DNA from: Macrostomum lignano
Lineage: Eukaryota
Direction: 5' to 3'
NCBI GenBank assembly: GCA_002269645.1
Contig: NIVC01001111.1
Coordinates: 292,586-356,585 of the forward strand
Length of the DNA: 64,000 bases
Below are positions 34,431 through 50,900 of the stretch, in pieces. The notes under the pieces were generated by a model. That model worked only from the letters and a program-made list of their open reading frames with translations. It made no database searches and was not told where the DNA came from. The first letter of the stretch is position 1, and every line of letters begins with the position of its first letter. A program made the translations under genes and the position numbers.

Positions 34431-36269
34431 GCAGCCTTCTTGCAGTTATTATTAATATTATTTGGCTGCCCTGAGGGTATCTCTTTGATTTATCTACAGT
34501 TTATCTAACACTGGCATTTAACAGTCAGAGGGCATTTGAACACAGAATCTGATGGCTCAATTTGTTCCCTCAGTCTAGAAAGCCCCCCCGCACTGGCGCC
34601 TCTCATATTGGAAAGCTTTGTGCGGAAAATAGAAAGAGAATTTGAATTAGAATCGGGTGCGGAGCGGACGCAGCGAAGGACTCAGCTGAGTAGACTCTCC
34701 AGGCTTAAGAAAAACACCAAAGAAAAGGAACTGACTTGAAGAGGAGAGTAGTACGAGTGGGTTCGACGTGGCTTCCATAAAGTCCTGAATTTGTAAGCCC
34801 CGCGCTCTGCGGCATGGATAGCTAGACCAGTGCTGGAGAATTCCCTGTTTGGAATGGCGGTCCCGCCTTCTCCGCCCCCGTCCCCAATCGGTCATGAATA
34901 ATGAAGGCCGCGGCGGCTGCCTGCGGGACGGAAATTGAAAAAAAACCCTGGGCCACCCGTGTGCCAACGGACTTCACCGGGAACCAAAGCCAGCCACCTC
35001 GGGATGATCTCAACCTGGAGCGCAGGCATCTGCGCGGAGGCCTGCGGCCGAATTGCGTGCGCGCCATGCAGGTCGGGTAGACCCGACCGCTGCTCCCCTC
35101 TTGAAAGTTGAGAGAGAGAGAGAGAGGAAGAGAGAGTGCTAGAGTAAAAAACTGGCCCACACACAAAGGCTTAGAGACTTCGCCATGGAATGAATGGTAG
35201 GGAGGGAGAGGGGCCACTGACCAATAGATGGCGCCCGCGTGCTCATGAGGGTGTGTGTGTGTGATCGACTGCCGGAGAAAAGTGAATCTTCCTTTTAGGC
35301 TCCCAGTAGGGCCTGGCACGCAACTTGAGGCTTCTCATCTGCTGCCTATCCCTCATTATTTTCGTTCTTCTCTCTTTGCCTGTCTCCTTAGGCATGGTGG
35401 GAAGCGGCAGGTTATTGCATCGCAGATTGTTCTCTTCCGACAGAGGACCCAGGCTCGATTCCTAGTTTTCAGGTTAGCTCTCTCTGGTCGGGTTTCATGA
35501 GACACTTGATACTGCGTGGTGAGGTCCTGCTTTGGGCCGAGGTAAAGGCGGGGGGCATTCACAGATTCTCAACACCGGAGAGGCAGAATGGGCATTCCTC
35601 GCTACGCATTTTGCCCTGGAGTTGGCGATGTCTGGCAAAACAGACATGACCCGAGAGCGCCATTGTCACCGCCCTGATGTCCCTGCGGTTGCGGCAGGGC
35701 CTTGCTGAGAGCGGGGGAAGGACAGCGGACTGTTAGACCAACTCTCCTTGTGCTTAGAAGCCACCCACTGGTTGATCCGAGTGGTTGACAACGGCTGAGG
35801 GGGGTGGGGCTATGAGCAAGTCAAGGCTGCTGTGTAAGCGTGTACCTGCGGGGGACAATGCTACAAGTAGGCTATCCATATTATTGCAATAACCGGGCAC
35901 CTGATCGGCTGGCCTGACTGCCGTCCTTCTTGCTCGCATTCTCCGCCTTCCCTACGCCCAGCGAAAATTGCTTATCGTGTCGCATTACCGTTACTTACCG
36001 GCCCTCCCTATGCCTTCTCCTATCCGGGTAAAGAATTTCATTGCATTCAGCGAGGCGGGAGTCTAAGTCCCCCATCCCCAGTCTCCTCATCTTCGGCTGG
36101 AAGCTGGAAAGCGACTCTGCTGATCCGTAGGCGGCGGTCTAAAGTGCACCGCCGCTCTTGGGTAGCCGAGTTAATAATTGACACGCCTCTTCGTGTTAAT
36201 TTTGCCCGACCACAGCAGTTAGTTGCAGTGAATTAAGGAATGCCTTACGGTCTGCATTGCTGACTACCT

Positions 36270-37040
36270 GCTCCCTTCCTCCCCTCCCTTTTTCTATTTC
36301 CTTCCTCTCCTTCCTTCTTTTCCTCCCTTCCTCCCCTCCCTTTTTCTATTTCCTTCCTCTCCTTCCTTCTTTTCCTCCCTTCTTCTCCTCCCTTCTTCTA
36401 CTTCCTTCTTTTCCTCCCTTTTTCTCCTCCCTTCCTCTCCTCCCTTCTTCTCCTCCCTTCTTCTCCTCCCTTCCTCTCCTCCCTTCTTCTCCTCCCTTCC
36501 ATCTTTTCCTCCCTTCTTCTCCTCCCTTCCTATACTCCCTTCTTCTCATCCCTTCATTCTTTTCCTCCCTTCTTCTCCTCCCTTCCTCTCCTCCATTCTT
36601 CTCCTCCCTTCCTCTCCTCCCTTTCTCTCCTCCCTTCCTCTCCTCCCTTTCTCTCCTTCCTTCCTCTCCTCCCTTCCTCTCCTCCCTTCCTCTCCTTCCT
36701 TCCTCTCCTCCCTTCTTCTCCTCCCTTCTTCTCTTCCCTTCCTCTCCTCCCTTCCTCTCCTCCCTTCCTCTCCTTCCTTCCTCTCCTCCCTTCTTCTCCT
36801 CCCTTCTTCTCTTCCCTTCTCCTCCTCCCTTCCTCTCCTCCCTTCCTCTCCTTCCTTCCTCTCCTCCCTTCTTCTCCTCCCTTCTTCTCTTCCCTTCTCC
36901 TCCTCCCTTCCTCTCCTCCCTTCCTCTCCTTCCTTCCTCTCCTCCCTTCTTCTCCTCCCTTTTTCTCCTTCCTTTTTCTCCTCCCTTCTTCTCCTCCCTT
37001 CTTCTCCTCCCTTCCTCTCCTCCCTTCCCCCCATCCCTTC
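36270..37040. repeat. Polypyrimidine/polypurine low-complexity tract (CTT/CCT)n
   Basis: Almost exclusively C/T on + strand for ~770 bp. Confidence 0.95.
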
Positions 37041-37614
37041 CTCAGAGATTTGAAGGAACAGGACACCTTAAAGCCATTTTCTTGTTTCAAACCTCACAAC
37101 TTTGAGGTTTCAATTCAAGCCGCTCAATCAACAACAGTCCAAAGGCCCTTAACGATCCTTCAGCTGTCAAAGCCAGCCCAGAAGACGCAAAGTGCAACGG
37201 AGCTGACTAAAATCCCTGCAGAGCGATGGAGAGCTGGGAGCAACACGGGCGGCAAAGGACTTTTGTTCCCCGTGAGCCGCCACCAGGTCATCCCCACTTC
37301 CTGACCGCCAGTGCCGCCACTCTCCTTCCCGCCTTACTTCATTTTCGCCCCCGCCCCCTTTTCTCTTTCTAAAGTCTTAATTCACTTTGGCGCTGCTCCC
37401 CTGGGAGCCTTGAGATAAGTCTTGGCTTTGGCGATCAAGGAGTAAAGGAGGCTGGAATCCCTTTCCCTCCCTCCTGATCCCAGGTTGCCTGTGTAGAGAA
37501 TTCTATTCCCCACGCTTCGGCTGGGAAAGCGGTTTTTATGGATGCATTTCCGAATTTCCAGTTCGCATCTTTATCCGATCCCCACCCGAGCAGGCGGGGC
37601 CCGAGAAAACGGCA

Positions 37615-40407
<2,793 letters not shown>

Positions 40408-40479
40408 GAGGACCAACCCAACAGAATTCATGATCTAGAAGATTTCGCTCACTACATCGAACCCATAGACAACTGGAAG

Positions 40480-40640
40480 TAGAAGGAAGATACACTCGAT
40501 TTTCTTGACTGAATTTGTCTATGGCAAAACCCCATTCAGCGCTATGCTTTCTCTGGAGCATTCTAAATGCGTACTGGCGATGCGACTAATATGCGCTCTT
40601 TAGCGGCCTCCAGCCCATTTCTATGAAAGTCGAGTATAGC
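40480..40640 (+). repeat. Dispersed repeat shared with 49470-49620
   Basis: Common blocks GAGCAT.CTAAATGC, ACTGGCGATGCGAC, GGCCTCCAG, TTTCTATGAAA. Confidence 0.55.
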
Positions 40641-40999
40641 GTCCTTGTACTGCAGTTGCGTCCATGCACTTACCCAGGACAACGCGTTGCTATGGACGCC
40701 AGTTGCGCTTTCCAATTGTCTGCTTCTGTGTTCAATGTACACATTCACTGACTATAGAACTATCGGATTGCCTGAAAACTGTCAATCTGCATTCCAGGGA
40801 GACCGTCTGTCTAGCCTATACAGTGTAACACGCTATTCTATTTGTATTTTCTGCGTTCTTGTTTGAACTTGATGTGCACGACAAATACACTAAAGTTCTT
40901 TCAGCTAACTTGCTAAAGAGAGTTACTACTTTATTGTATTAGGAATTGTACACTCTTAAATCAACTAGCTGAGCTCAGTCTGCTTTTTTATAGATGCGG

Positions 41000-41720
41000 C
41001 TCTCCCCCCTCACAATGCCCCTCCCAGTCTCTGCCTCTCCCTCCCCCTCACAATGCCCCTCTCAGTCTCTGCCTCTCCCTCCCCTCACAATGCCCCTCTC
41101 AGGCCTCTCCCTCCCTCACAGTGCCCCTCAGTCTCTGCCTCTCCCTCCCCCTCACAATGCCCCTCTCAGTCTCTGCCTCTCCCTCCCCTCACAATGCCCC
41201 TCTCAGGCCTCTCCCTCCCTCACAGTGCCCCTCAGTCTCTGCCTCTCCCTCCCCCTCACAATGCCCCTCTCAGTCTCTGCCTCTCCCTCCCCTCACAATG
41301 CCCCTCTCAGGCCTCTCCCTCCCTCACAGTGCCCCTCAGTCTCTGCCTCTCCCTCCCCTCACAATGCCCCTCTCAGGCCTCTCCCTCCCTCACAGTGCCC
41401 CTCAGTCTCTGCCTCTCCCTCCCTCACAGTGCCCCTCAGTCTCTGCCTCTCCCTCCCCCTCACAATGCCCCTCTCAGTCTCTGCCTCTCCCTCCCCCTCA
41501 CAATGCCCCTCTCAGTCTCTGCCTCTCCCTCCCCTCACAATGCCCCTCTCAGGCCTCTCCCTCCCTCACAGTGCCCCTCAGTCTCTGCCTCTCCCTCCCC
41601 CTCACAATGCCCCTCTCAGTCTCTGCTCTCCCTCCCCCTCACAATGCCCCTCTCAGTCTCTGCCTCTCCCTCCCCCTCACAATGCCCCTCTCAGTCTGTC
41701 TCTCTCCCATCTCACAATGC
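41000..41720. repeat. ~37-bp C/T-rich minisatellite (CCTCACAATGCCCCTCTCAGTCTCTGCCTCTCCCTCC)
   Basis: Direct inspection. Confidence 0.95.
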
Positions 41721-42144
41721 CCTTCTTTGCCTTTGCATCTGCCATTACATCTATTCTTTTTATATCACATCGGATGCAAAAGTCTTTCTGTATTTATTCT
41801 AAAGCTTTCTACAAAGCGGACACACAGACAGACAGCTTTCACCCAAAACAAATCAATCTGACCTATTTGATGAGGAGCATCGTTAAACCTGTGAGAATCA
41901 ACCCAGTTAATGGCTGTCCTAGTATTTTGACGAGCCGCCTTCCTTTCATAATTAAATAATCTTCTTAATCTTAAATACTTCAACACGCTGAGGTGAAATG
42001 AAAAGCTTATTTTATCCATCTCCAGGACATCCCTGACATTCGGAATTAGCGATCCGGGGGTGAAGCAGACGGGTCATCCGCGGGACCTGGGATCCTAGGG
42101 ACTGCAAATGGTGGAGCCTTGATGCTCGTGGTTTGTTGAGTACA

Positions 42145-42830
42145 GCCTGTCTGCTGGTCTGGCTGCCTGTCTTTGACTGCCTGTCTTTGGCTGCCTGTCT
42201 TTGGCTGCCTGTCTTTGGCTGCCTGTCTTTATCCGCCTGTTTTTTGGCTGCCTGTCTTTGGCTGCCTGTCTTTGGCTGCCTGTCTTTGGCTGCCTGTCTT
42301 TGGCTGCCTGTCTTCGGCTGCCTGTCTTTGGCTGCCTGTCTTTGGCTGCCTGTCTTTGGCTGCCTGTCTTTGACTGCCTGTCTTTGGCTGCCTGTCTTTG
42401 GCTGCCTGTCTTTGGCTGCCTGTCTTTGGCTGCCTGTCTTTGGCTGCCTGTCTTTGGCTGCCTGTCTTTGGCTGCCTGTCTTTGGCTGCCTGTCTTTATC
42501 CGCCTGTCTTTGGCTGCCTGTCTTTGGCTGCCTGTCTTTGGCTGCCTGTCTTTGGCTGCCTGTCTTTGGCTGCCTGTCTTTGGCTTCCTGTCTTTGGCTG
42601 CCTGTCTTTGGCTTCCTGTCTTTGGCTGCCTGTCTTTGGCTGCCTGTCTTTGGCTGCCTGTCTTTGACTGCCTGTCTTGACTATCTGTCAGTCTGGCTGC
42701 CTGTCTTGACTATCTGTCAGTCTGGCTGCCTGTCTTGACTATCTGTCGGTCAGGCTGGCTGCCTGTCTTTGACTATCTGCCGGTCTGGCTGCCTGTCTTT
42801 TGCTGCCTGTCTTTGGCTGCCTGTCTTTCT
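42145..42830. repeat. 14-bp minisatellite (TTTGGCTGCCTGTC)
   Basis: Direct inspection. Confidence 0.95.
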
Positions 42831-43728
42831 GCCTTTACCTTTCTGTAATCTGTATATCATAGTAGTATCTGTCAGCCTTTCTGTCTTAGTGCCTGTCTGT
42901 CTAATTCAATGCTTGTCTGTTGGCGTGCCTCAACGTCAAAATTAGCTATAGATGAGTAATTAAGCACCTGGACGTCCGTGCTCGACGGAGAGCAAACTGG
43001 AACTCGGCAAATTTACTTCGATTCAAATGAGAGAAACAGAAATGTTAATCTACAGTTCTGCAGAGACAGAAGTCGAAGACAGCCAGCTTCTTAATTTAGT
43101 TCGCAGGGCAGCTGGCTGTCGCACGCGATCTCGCTGCATGGTTACAGGCGGGGACAGCATGTCAGCAAGCGAAGGGTTTCCATTGGCTGATGGCTTTTCA
43201 GATAAAATACATAAGCTACTCTCTGCAGCCGAGCGCAGAGATTCCGGCCAACTGAATCTTTCAATATTGTTTAGCATAGCAGGCGCTGCTCGAGTTTCCA
43301 AAATCGGATTGTCCAGCATTCCTCAGCTCTCTCGCGGCGTCCCGGTGAGTTAAAGCGCGACTCTGGACACCGTGGGAACCTAGCGCGGTTCTGTTTAGAG
43401 TTTGCTAAATGTATACAGAGTTAATGAGATACCGGCTCCTAAACAGGACTCCACCAATGCCGCCCACATGACCTGCCGTTGACTGTGTGTTTTCCAAGCA
43501 AGTCGGTGGGTAAGACAAGTGGTTCAGCTTTAGCGCGGCTTCTTGGGAAACTGTAAAGTCTGACGCAAACTGTTCTGTGTGCATTCAGATTCTTCTTATT
43601 TTATGCAGGCTGCACTAAAGAATATGCAGCTGTTGTTAGTCCTGTGGCTTGGTTGCAGTTTCTAGCGAAAAATACTGTCATTTTTTTTCACAGCAAGATG
43701 ACGATCCAGCTGCCGGACGAATGCAGCA

Positions 43729-43729
<1 letters not shown>

Positions 43730-43763
<34 letters not shown>

Positions 43764-43975
43764 TCCCTTTCTCTCTCTCTCTCTCTCTCCCTCTCTCTCT
43801 CTCCCTCTCCCTTTCTCTCTCTCTGTGCCAGTCAGACTGCTGTTACGAGTATTAAAGATTTAAGGAGATTCTATGATGCGCATCAGTTGGATAGAGATAA
43901 TTTAGATATAGATGAGTTGGATAGACATCAGTTGGATGGAGATCAGGTGGATAGACATCAGTTGGATAGAGATCA
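43730..43975. repeat. (CT)n microsatellite followed by short 15-bp repeat (GTTGGATAGACATCA)
   Basis: Direct inspection. Confidence 0.85.
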
Positions 43976-44948
43976 GCTTTCCAGTTGGTTAGACAAAAAT
44001 TGCATACAGAATTCACAAGTTGTCAAGTTCAACTCAGCAGCATTAAGAATTCCATTGTCACTGTCTCAATTAGTCCCGAATGTGCCTGGGCAGGCGGATG
44101 AGAGGAGCTCGGTCGGAGCAAGAGCTGCCGCTCCATAATCGGATTAATCCGCTGCTTCAGTCAAAAGCTGGCGCAGCAAAAGTAAATGCTTGAGAGCCCC
44201 CCTGACAGCTCTTGCTTTCTCCGCATTCTAGCGTGCCATCACCTGCTAATTCTCGTGCGCCCCTCAAAGGCAAAAAGTCCTCTTAGAAACTCTAAACCCC
44301 TGACTGATGGGACAATTTTCCCGCTTTCCCTCTTCACATCTCTTCCCATCGGCTCCGTGATTTGCCCACCAAACCCCCCGGGCCCCCCTCGGAGCATAAT
44401 TAAAGAAACCTACAAAGTAAATTGAGCCACCGTTTTGCCAGTTAGCGCGATATGGAAACCTGCTGAAAGAGAGAGAGAGGCTGAGAGAGAGTCAGGCAGA
44501 CAGACAAGACTTCAAATACTCTGATTGTATGCCGAAGATTGCCTACGCTTGTAATTCCTTTTCAAAAAAATATGTGATGGCAAGCAATCAGCCAGTTAAC
44601 CAACTGTCTACTGAAGGCTTTCCGAAGGTGAATGAATTGCTACAGTTCTCGGCCAGACAGAATTCTGCAGCTCCAGCATCCCTCAGCGTCTCCTATAGAC
44701 TAAAGAAAGAAACACAAGAAACGAAAGAAACGAAAAAAAGAAACGCAAGAAAAGCAAGCCGTGGATCCGATGCGCATCGAGAATTTCTTTTGCGCAAGTC
44801 TGAAACTTTGAAGAAACTTCACTGATATTACGCGTATCCTGCTTAATGCGCCTACGAGAAGATGTACGAGTGTAACATGACAAATGGTCCAACTTATGAA
44901 TTTATATAATTTCATCCGCGACAGGCTAACAACGCCCAGCAACTCAGG

Positions 44949-47900
44949 ATGATGGCGAACTTGCTGCTGTACACTTTGCTGCATCTGCTGGCGCTGCCGG
45001 TGCCTCCAGTTGCATCTCGCACTTCTATGCTGACTGGCGCATACCGCATCGGTATTGCTGAGGAGCTGCCAGTTAATTCCATTGTGGCCAGTTTAAAGAC
45101 TTACTTCGAGTCTCGCGGCAACTCTACAGCTGGCGGCCGGTTCAGCCTGATTCAACTGGACGGGCAGCAGTCCGCGTTCCGGGTGGACGAGCGCTCCGGC
45201 GATATCCGGACTGTGGAGCGGATCGACCGGGAGAAACTGGCGTGCAATAAGGGGGAGAAAGTGGCTTGCGTGTAAGGCCGCGTGACTGGGCCGTTTGTCT
45301 AGCCAATCTGCCTCTGTGTCTAGCCAATCTGCCTCTGTGTCTAGCCAATCTGCCTCTGTGTCTAGCCAATCTGCCTCTGTGTCTAGCCAATCTGCCTCTG
45401 TGTCTAGCCAATCTGCCTCTGTGTCTAGCCAATCTGCCTCTGTGTCTAGCCAATCTGCCTCTGTGTCTAGCCAATCTGCCTCTGTGTCTAGCCAATCTGC
45501 CTCTGTGTCTAGCCAATCTGCCTCTGTGTCTAGCCAATCTGCCTCTGTGTCTAGCCAATCTGCCTCTGTGTCTAGCCAATCTGCCTCTGTGTCTAGCCAA
45601 TCTGCCTCTGTGTCTAGCCAATCTGCCTCTGTGTCTAGCCAAACTGCCTCTGTGTCTAGCCAATCTGCCTCTGTGTCTAGCCAAACTGCCTCTGTGTCTA
45701 GCCAATCTGCCTCTGTGTCTAGCCAATCTGCCTCTGTGTCTAGCCAAACTGCCTCTGTGTCTAGCCAATCTGCCTCTGTGTCTAGCCAAACTGCCTCTGT
45801 GTCTAGCCAATCTGCCTCTGTGTCTAGCCAATCTGCCTCTGTGTCTAGCCAATCTGCCTCTGTGTCTAGCCAATCTGCCTCTGTGTCTAGCCAATGTTCT
45901 GTGTCTAATCAAGCTGCCTTTCTCTGTCAAGCCAGTCTGCCGCATGACCCGCTGTCTTGCCAATTTTTCAGACAGTCTACCCAATCTACCAACTCTGACT
46001 AGACAGTCTGCGACACAGTCTACCCAACCTGCTATATTGTCTCGCCAATATATCACTGTTTGTCCATTAAGTCTGCTAATTTATTTTGCAAATCGTTCTC
46101 TTCGATCTGCTTCCGTTCATCTTTTAAGTCAGCCTCCCCTCTCCAAAATCCCCAGCTTCCACTTCCTGGCCTACCTAAACAACCGCATCGGTGTCAATAC
46201 GTTCATCGAAATCTTCGACATCAACGACTGCGCCCCAGTCTGGAACGAAAGCGTCGTTCAGCTGCATTTCCGCGACGGCGACCCGGCCGGCGTGGCCGTG
46301 AAAGTCGCAGCAGCCTCGGACGACGACTGCGGCCGGAACGGCAGCCTCATCTACAAGCTGGACAACCGGGGCGCCGCCTTCTCCCTGAGGAATCGAAATG
46401 GACAGCTCGAGCTGGAGACCAACAGGCTCATCGACAGGGAAGAGTGCGAGTCCTACAGCATGACCCTGTACGCTACGGACGGCGGCGAGCCGCCCCTCTC
46501 CGGCTCCGTGCAGCTGCTTGTCCTGGTCGCCGATATCAACGATCACTCGCCGCAGTTCGCCGGCAGCCTGCTCTCGCCGCCGCGCCCGGTGTACGAAGAC
46601 GAACCGGTCGGGTCGGTTGTCCTGCGGCTGAACGCGACGGACCGGGACTCCGGCGCCAACGGCAAGGTGCTGTTCGAGTTCGCCAGCGTGACAGGCGAAG
46701 GTCAAGAGCTGGCGATGCAGCATTTCAGTGTGGAACCGGATGGTGACGTCATCATCAAGGAGAAGCTGGACTACGATACGATGGCGAAGAAGTACTTTAT
46801 CTTCGAGGTGAGTGCTCTGTGCTCTGAAGGGGATCAGAGGAAAGGGATGTAGAGGAAGGCGGATGTAGATGAAGGCGGAAGTAGAGGGAAGGCGGAAGTA
46901 GAGGAAAGGCGGAAGTAGAGGAAAGACGGATGTAGAGGAAGGCGGATGTTTCTGGCATTTGAGTGCGTAGCAACAGTTGAGCATAGATTAGAATCCCGTC
47001 TTCGCCATCCCACTGCGCAGGTAATCGCCCGAGACGACGCTGAAGGCGCTGAGAATCGCTTGAGTTCCACGGCCACAGTCAGCATTGCGGTGAATGACAG
47101 ACGGGACGAGCCGCCGGTAGTGCAGGTGTGCTTCCTGCCTAACAGTTGCGGTCAGTCGCCTTCGGCCTACCGAGTCAAAGAGGCTCAACCGCCGGGCTCT
47201 GCTGTAGCGCTGGTGCTGGTGAGAGATCCCGATGCCGGGGATCGAGTCAGCTGCTCGGTGGAAGCTGAGCCGAGCTCGATGCCATCCAAGCTGCAGTTTC
47301 CCTTCGTTCTGCTGGAGACACCTGGGGGCGGCGGGGTCGGAAGAGATGCGGAGGTAAGCTCAGAATGATCAGTGCTCACTGCTCAGAGTGATCAGTGCTC
47401 ACTGCTCAGAGTGATCAGTGCTCACTGCTCAGAGTGATCAGTGCTCACTGCTCAGAGTGATCAGTGCTCACTGCTCAGAGTGATCAGTGCTCACTGCTCA
47501 GAGTGATCAGTGCTCACTGCTCAGAGTGATCAGTGCTCACTGCTCAGAGTGATCAGTGCTCACTGCTCAGAGTGATCAGTGCTCACTGCTCAGAGTGATC
47601 AGTGCTCACTGCTCAGAGTGATCAGTGCTCACTGCTCAGAGTGATCAGTGCTCACTGCTCAGAGTGCCTGGAGTACCCTCTTCTAACAGACAAATCTCAC
47701 AAGCCACTATGCCTGCAGTGTGATTTCAATCAAAATTTGCGTTACATTTCAAAGAAATACTCTTACGAGTACACAATAGACAAAAGGGGATTTTGATGTT
47801 CACTAGACATTAATCCCTTTTGCTTCTCACGCAAAAAGAGTGTTTTTATCGGCTGGATCGGTCTTAAGCCTGTAAGATTGCCATCTTTCTTTCGTATTTA

Positions 47901-50900
47901 AATTTCCTCTTTCAATTTCTGCGTGAGTGTCCTTGAGATATTTCCAGGTGTTACGTTCCCATAAATTAAAAATCGCAAAGAGTCGCTTTCAGCCCTTTGT
48001 CTCCCGACTACTTCATATGGGTTAGGCGGATTTATAATCATTCCATTTCAAACGGCCTGTGCGCGCGCACTTTCCCAACGCAGCAGTCATCCCCCATCTG
48101 GATCTTCGACCTCGTCACTAACCGGACCCTGGACCGGGAGAGCGAGTCGGTGCTCTGCTTCCGCATTGCCTGCCGCGACACCAGCGGACGCGTCGCCCAT
48201 AAAACTTGCTGCGCCAAGGTCGAGGACGTCAACGACTCGCCGCCGGTGCCCGTTGAGTCGCCGATCTCCGTCTGGGCGCCTGAAGGTGACATTGCGATGC
48301 GACCGCTGCTGACTCGCCTTAACAAGTACATCAGGGATGCCGACGAAGGTGAGGCGTTTCGGATTCGCTGTCGGCTTTTTCGTGTGCTCAGAGAGTCGCC
48401 TAAAACTTATTTTGCCTGATCTTAAAACTTATTTTACTCGGAGTACATCTATACTCCCCAAGCATGTCAAGTATGGAAGGCGGATGTAGAGGAAGGCGGA
48501 TGTAGTGGAAGGCGGATGTAGAGGAAGGCGGATGTAGAGGAAGGCGGATGTAGAGGAAGGCGGATGTAGAGGAAGGCGAATGTAGAGGAAGGCGGATGTA
48601 GAGGAAGGCGGATGTAGAGGAAGGCGGACGTAGAGGAAGGCGGATGTAGAGGAAGGCGAATGTAGAGGAAGGCGAATGTAGAGGAAGGCGGATGTAGAGG
48701 AAGGCGGATGTAGAGGAAGGCGGATGTAGAGGAAGGCGAATGTAGAGGAAGGCGGATGTAGAGGAAGGCGAATGTAGAGGAAGGCGGATGTAGAGGAAGG
48801 CGGATGTAGAGGAAGGCGGATGTAGAGGAAGGCGAATGTAGAGAAAGGCGAATGTAGAGGAAGGCGGATGTAGAGGAATGCGGATGTAAAGGTGTTACGT
48901 TTAATTGGTTCCCCGCCAATTCATCACACTTCTAAATTTTGAGGGGGGGATCTTATTCAGACTAAAGGCTTCTCAGTGGCCCTTGTAATTACTGGATCGC
49001 ACAAGTATACGGAGCTACCGGACATTTCCCCTCCGGCGATTCCGGTTTCATCACCACGTCGATCAACGGCCTGCAAGACGTGGAAGGCCCGCAACCAGCG
49101 GTTCCAGCGGGTGGCAGCTACCTACCAGCACGCCTGGCTGGAGGTGCCCGTGGAGAACGCAGATCACCCACTGCTCACCTACCTGCACGGTTTTACCTAT
49201 GCCTACCGCGGCCTGAACCAACTGCTGAACCAATTGAACCATCTTCCGTGCACCGAATCCAAAATTCACCGGAATCAAGCCTGGAGATTAAGGCGACGAG
49301 TGTCGGACGCGATACGAGCGATCTTATTGACATCATGGCTTGATGGACTGAGCTGAAATGCGTCCAACGGCAGGAAGTTAGGATACTGAGAATCAGCTGA
49401 GGCCTCTGAGGCCTACTGGACGATTCTTAGGGCGGCTTAAACAGTCCTTACTAAAAATCATTGGGTGCTTTAAGAAAGTTCTATGCAGATCCTCTAGAGA
49501 ACGCATAGAGCTAAATGGGATTTCGCCCCAAGAAGCTTCTCCAGAGCATACTAAATGCACTGGCGATGCGACAAACATTCGGCCTTACCGGCCTCCAGAT
49601 TATTTCTATGAAAACCGAGCGAAGCATCTCTCTACTTCAGTTGGCCAAAATGTTAATCTTCATCTCAATTAAAAAAACTTCCTAGGCGTTAACGCAAAGC
49701 TGGCCTTCCAATTGGATCCCAACGACATAGCAGCAGCTGCCATCGTCAGCTTAGACATCGACACTGGACGGCTGACTCCGCGGATTGTCTTCGACCGGGA
49801 GCGACAGGATGCGTATAACTTCGCCGTGGTGGTCAAAGATCGCGGACAGCCGCCGCTCAGCACCAGCATCAGCGTCTGGCTGCGCGTGTCCGACGTCAAC
49901 GACAACACGCCGGTGTTTCTCAAGCCTGAGTACGTCTTCAACATCAGCGAGAATTGCCAGCCGCGCAGCTCCGTCGGCAGAGTTGAAGCGCTCGACGCCG
50001 ACTCGGTCCAGACAGGCAATGGCCGAGTACTGTATCGGCTGGCACCAGCCGAGAGCTCCGGTCGGGTCGCCGATGTCGACGCTTTCAGCGTGGATAGGGA
50101 CAGCGGCGAGATTTTGACGGCGTGAGTTTTCGGGACAGAGAATCTCATTCTGCCCTCGGCCTGTCGAGTTGAGTGGCTGTGCGAAAAGACATCCATCCGC
50201 TCTTTGGATTCTTCTATCCGCTGTCATTCACCCGCTGCTACATTTTGACCTTTTATATCCGCCTATTTGTATCCTCCCTCTACCACCTGCCCTCAACCAC
50301 CTGACCTCCACTACCCGCATCCATCGCCCCACCCCGCAGAGCCAATCTGGACAGGGAGACCCAGGCCGAATACTCATTTCACGTATTGGCTATCGACCAG
50401 CCAGCAATGGAAAGTGAGGCCAGCCTGACGGCCACCTGCTTAGTCCGAGTCCTGCTCGCCGACGTCAACGACAACGCGCCCCGGCTGGTGACCTCGCCGC
50501 CGCACTACCCGGCGGTGTTCCACCTGCGCCAGCGCGAGCCCGGCGTCCGAGTTGGCCGCGTCCGCGCCGAGGACGCCGACAACATTCAAGCCGACGCCTC
50601 GGCCGGCCTCGAATACGAGCTGGTGAACTCGGTGGAGCTCGGCCATCGGTTCAGCGTGGACCGCGCCTCCGGCCTGGTGCTGGTTGGCCAGTCGCTGCGC
50701 CGCGACACCGGTCAGGAGTTTCAGTTGCGTGTGCGCGCCTGTGACACCCGGCAGCTGCCGCGCCGCTGCTCCGCCGCCGGGCTCTACCGCGTTATCGTGG
50801 AGACCGACGACGTTGCTGTCGTCGGAGTCGGAAATTGGAGAAGCATCTCAGAGAGCGGCATCCGAAATCATCCGCAAGCTCAGCCGCCGTCGCACGTTGG

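Noticed and set aside
36257-37105. Pro/Ser/Leu-rich and Glu/Arg-rich ORFs
   Set aside because: Artefacts of the C/T tract.
40994-42738. Repetitive ORFs of 160-320 aa
   Set aside because: Translations of the 37-bp and 14-bp minisatellites.
45266-46155. N-terminal (LANLPLC)n part of the 528-aa ORF
   Set aside because: Intronic 21-bp array; real protocadherin coding resumes at the acceptor before 46156.
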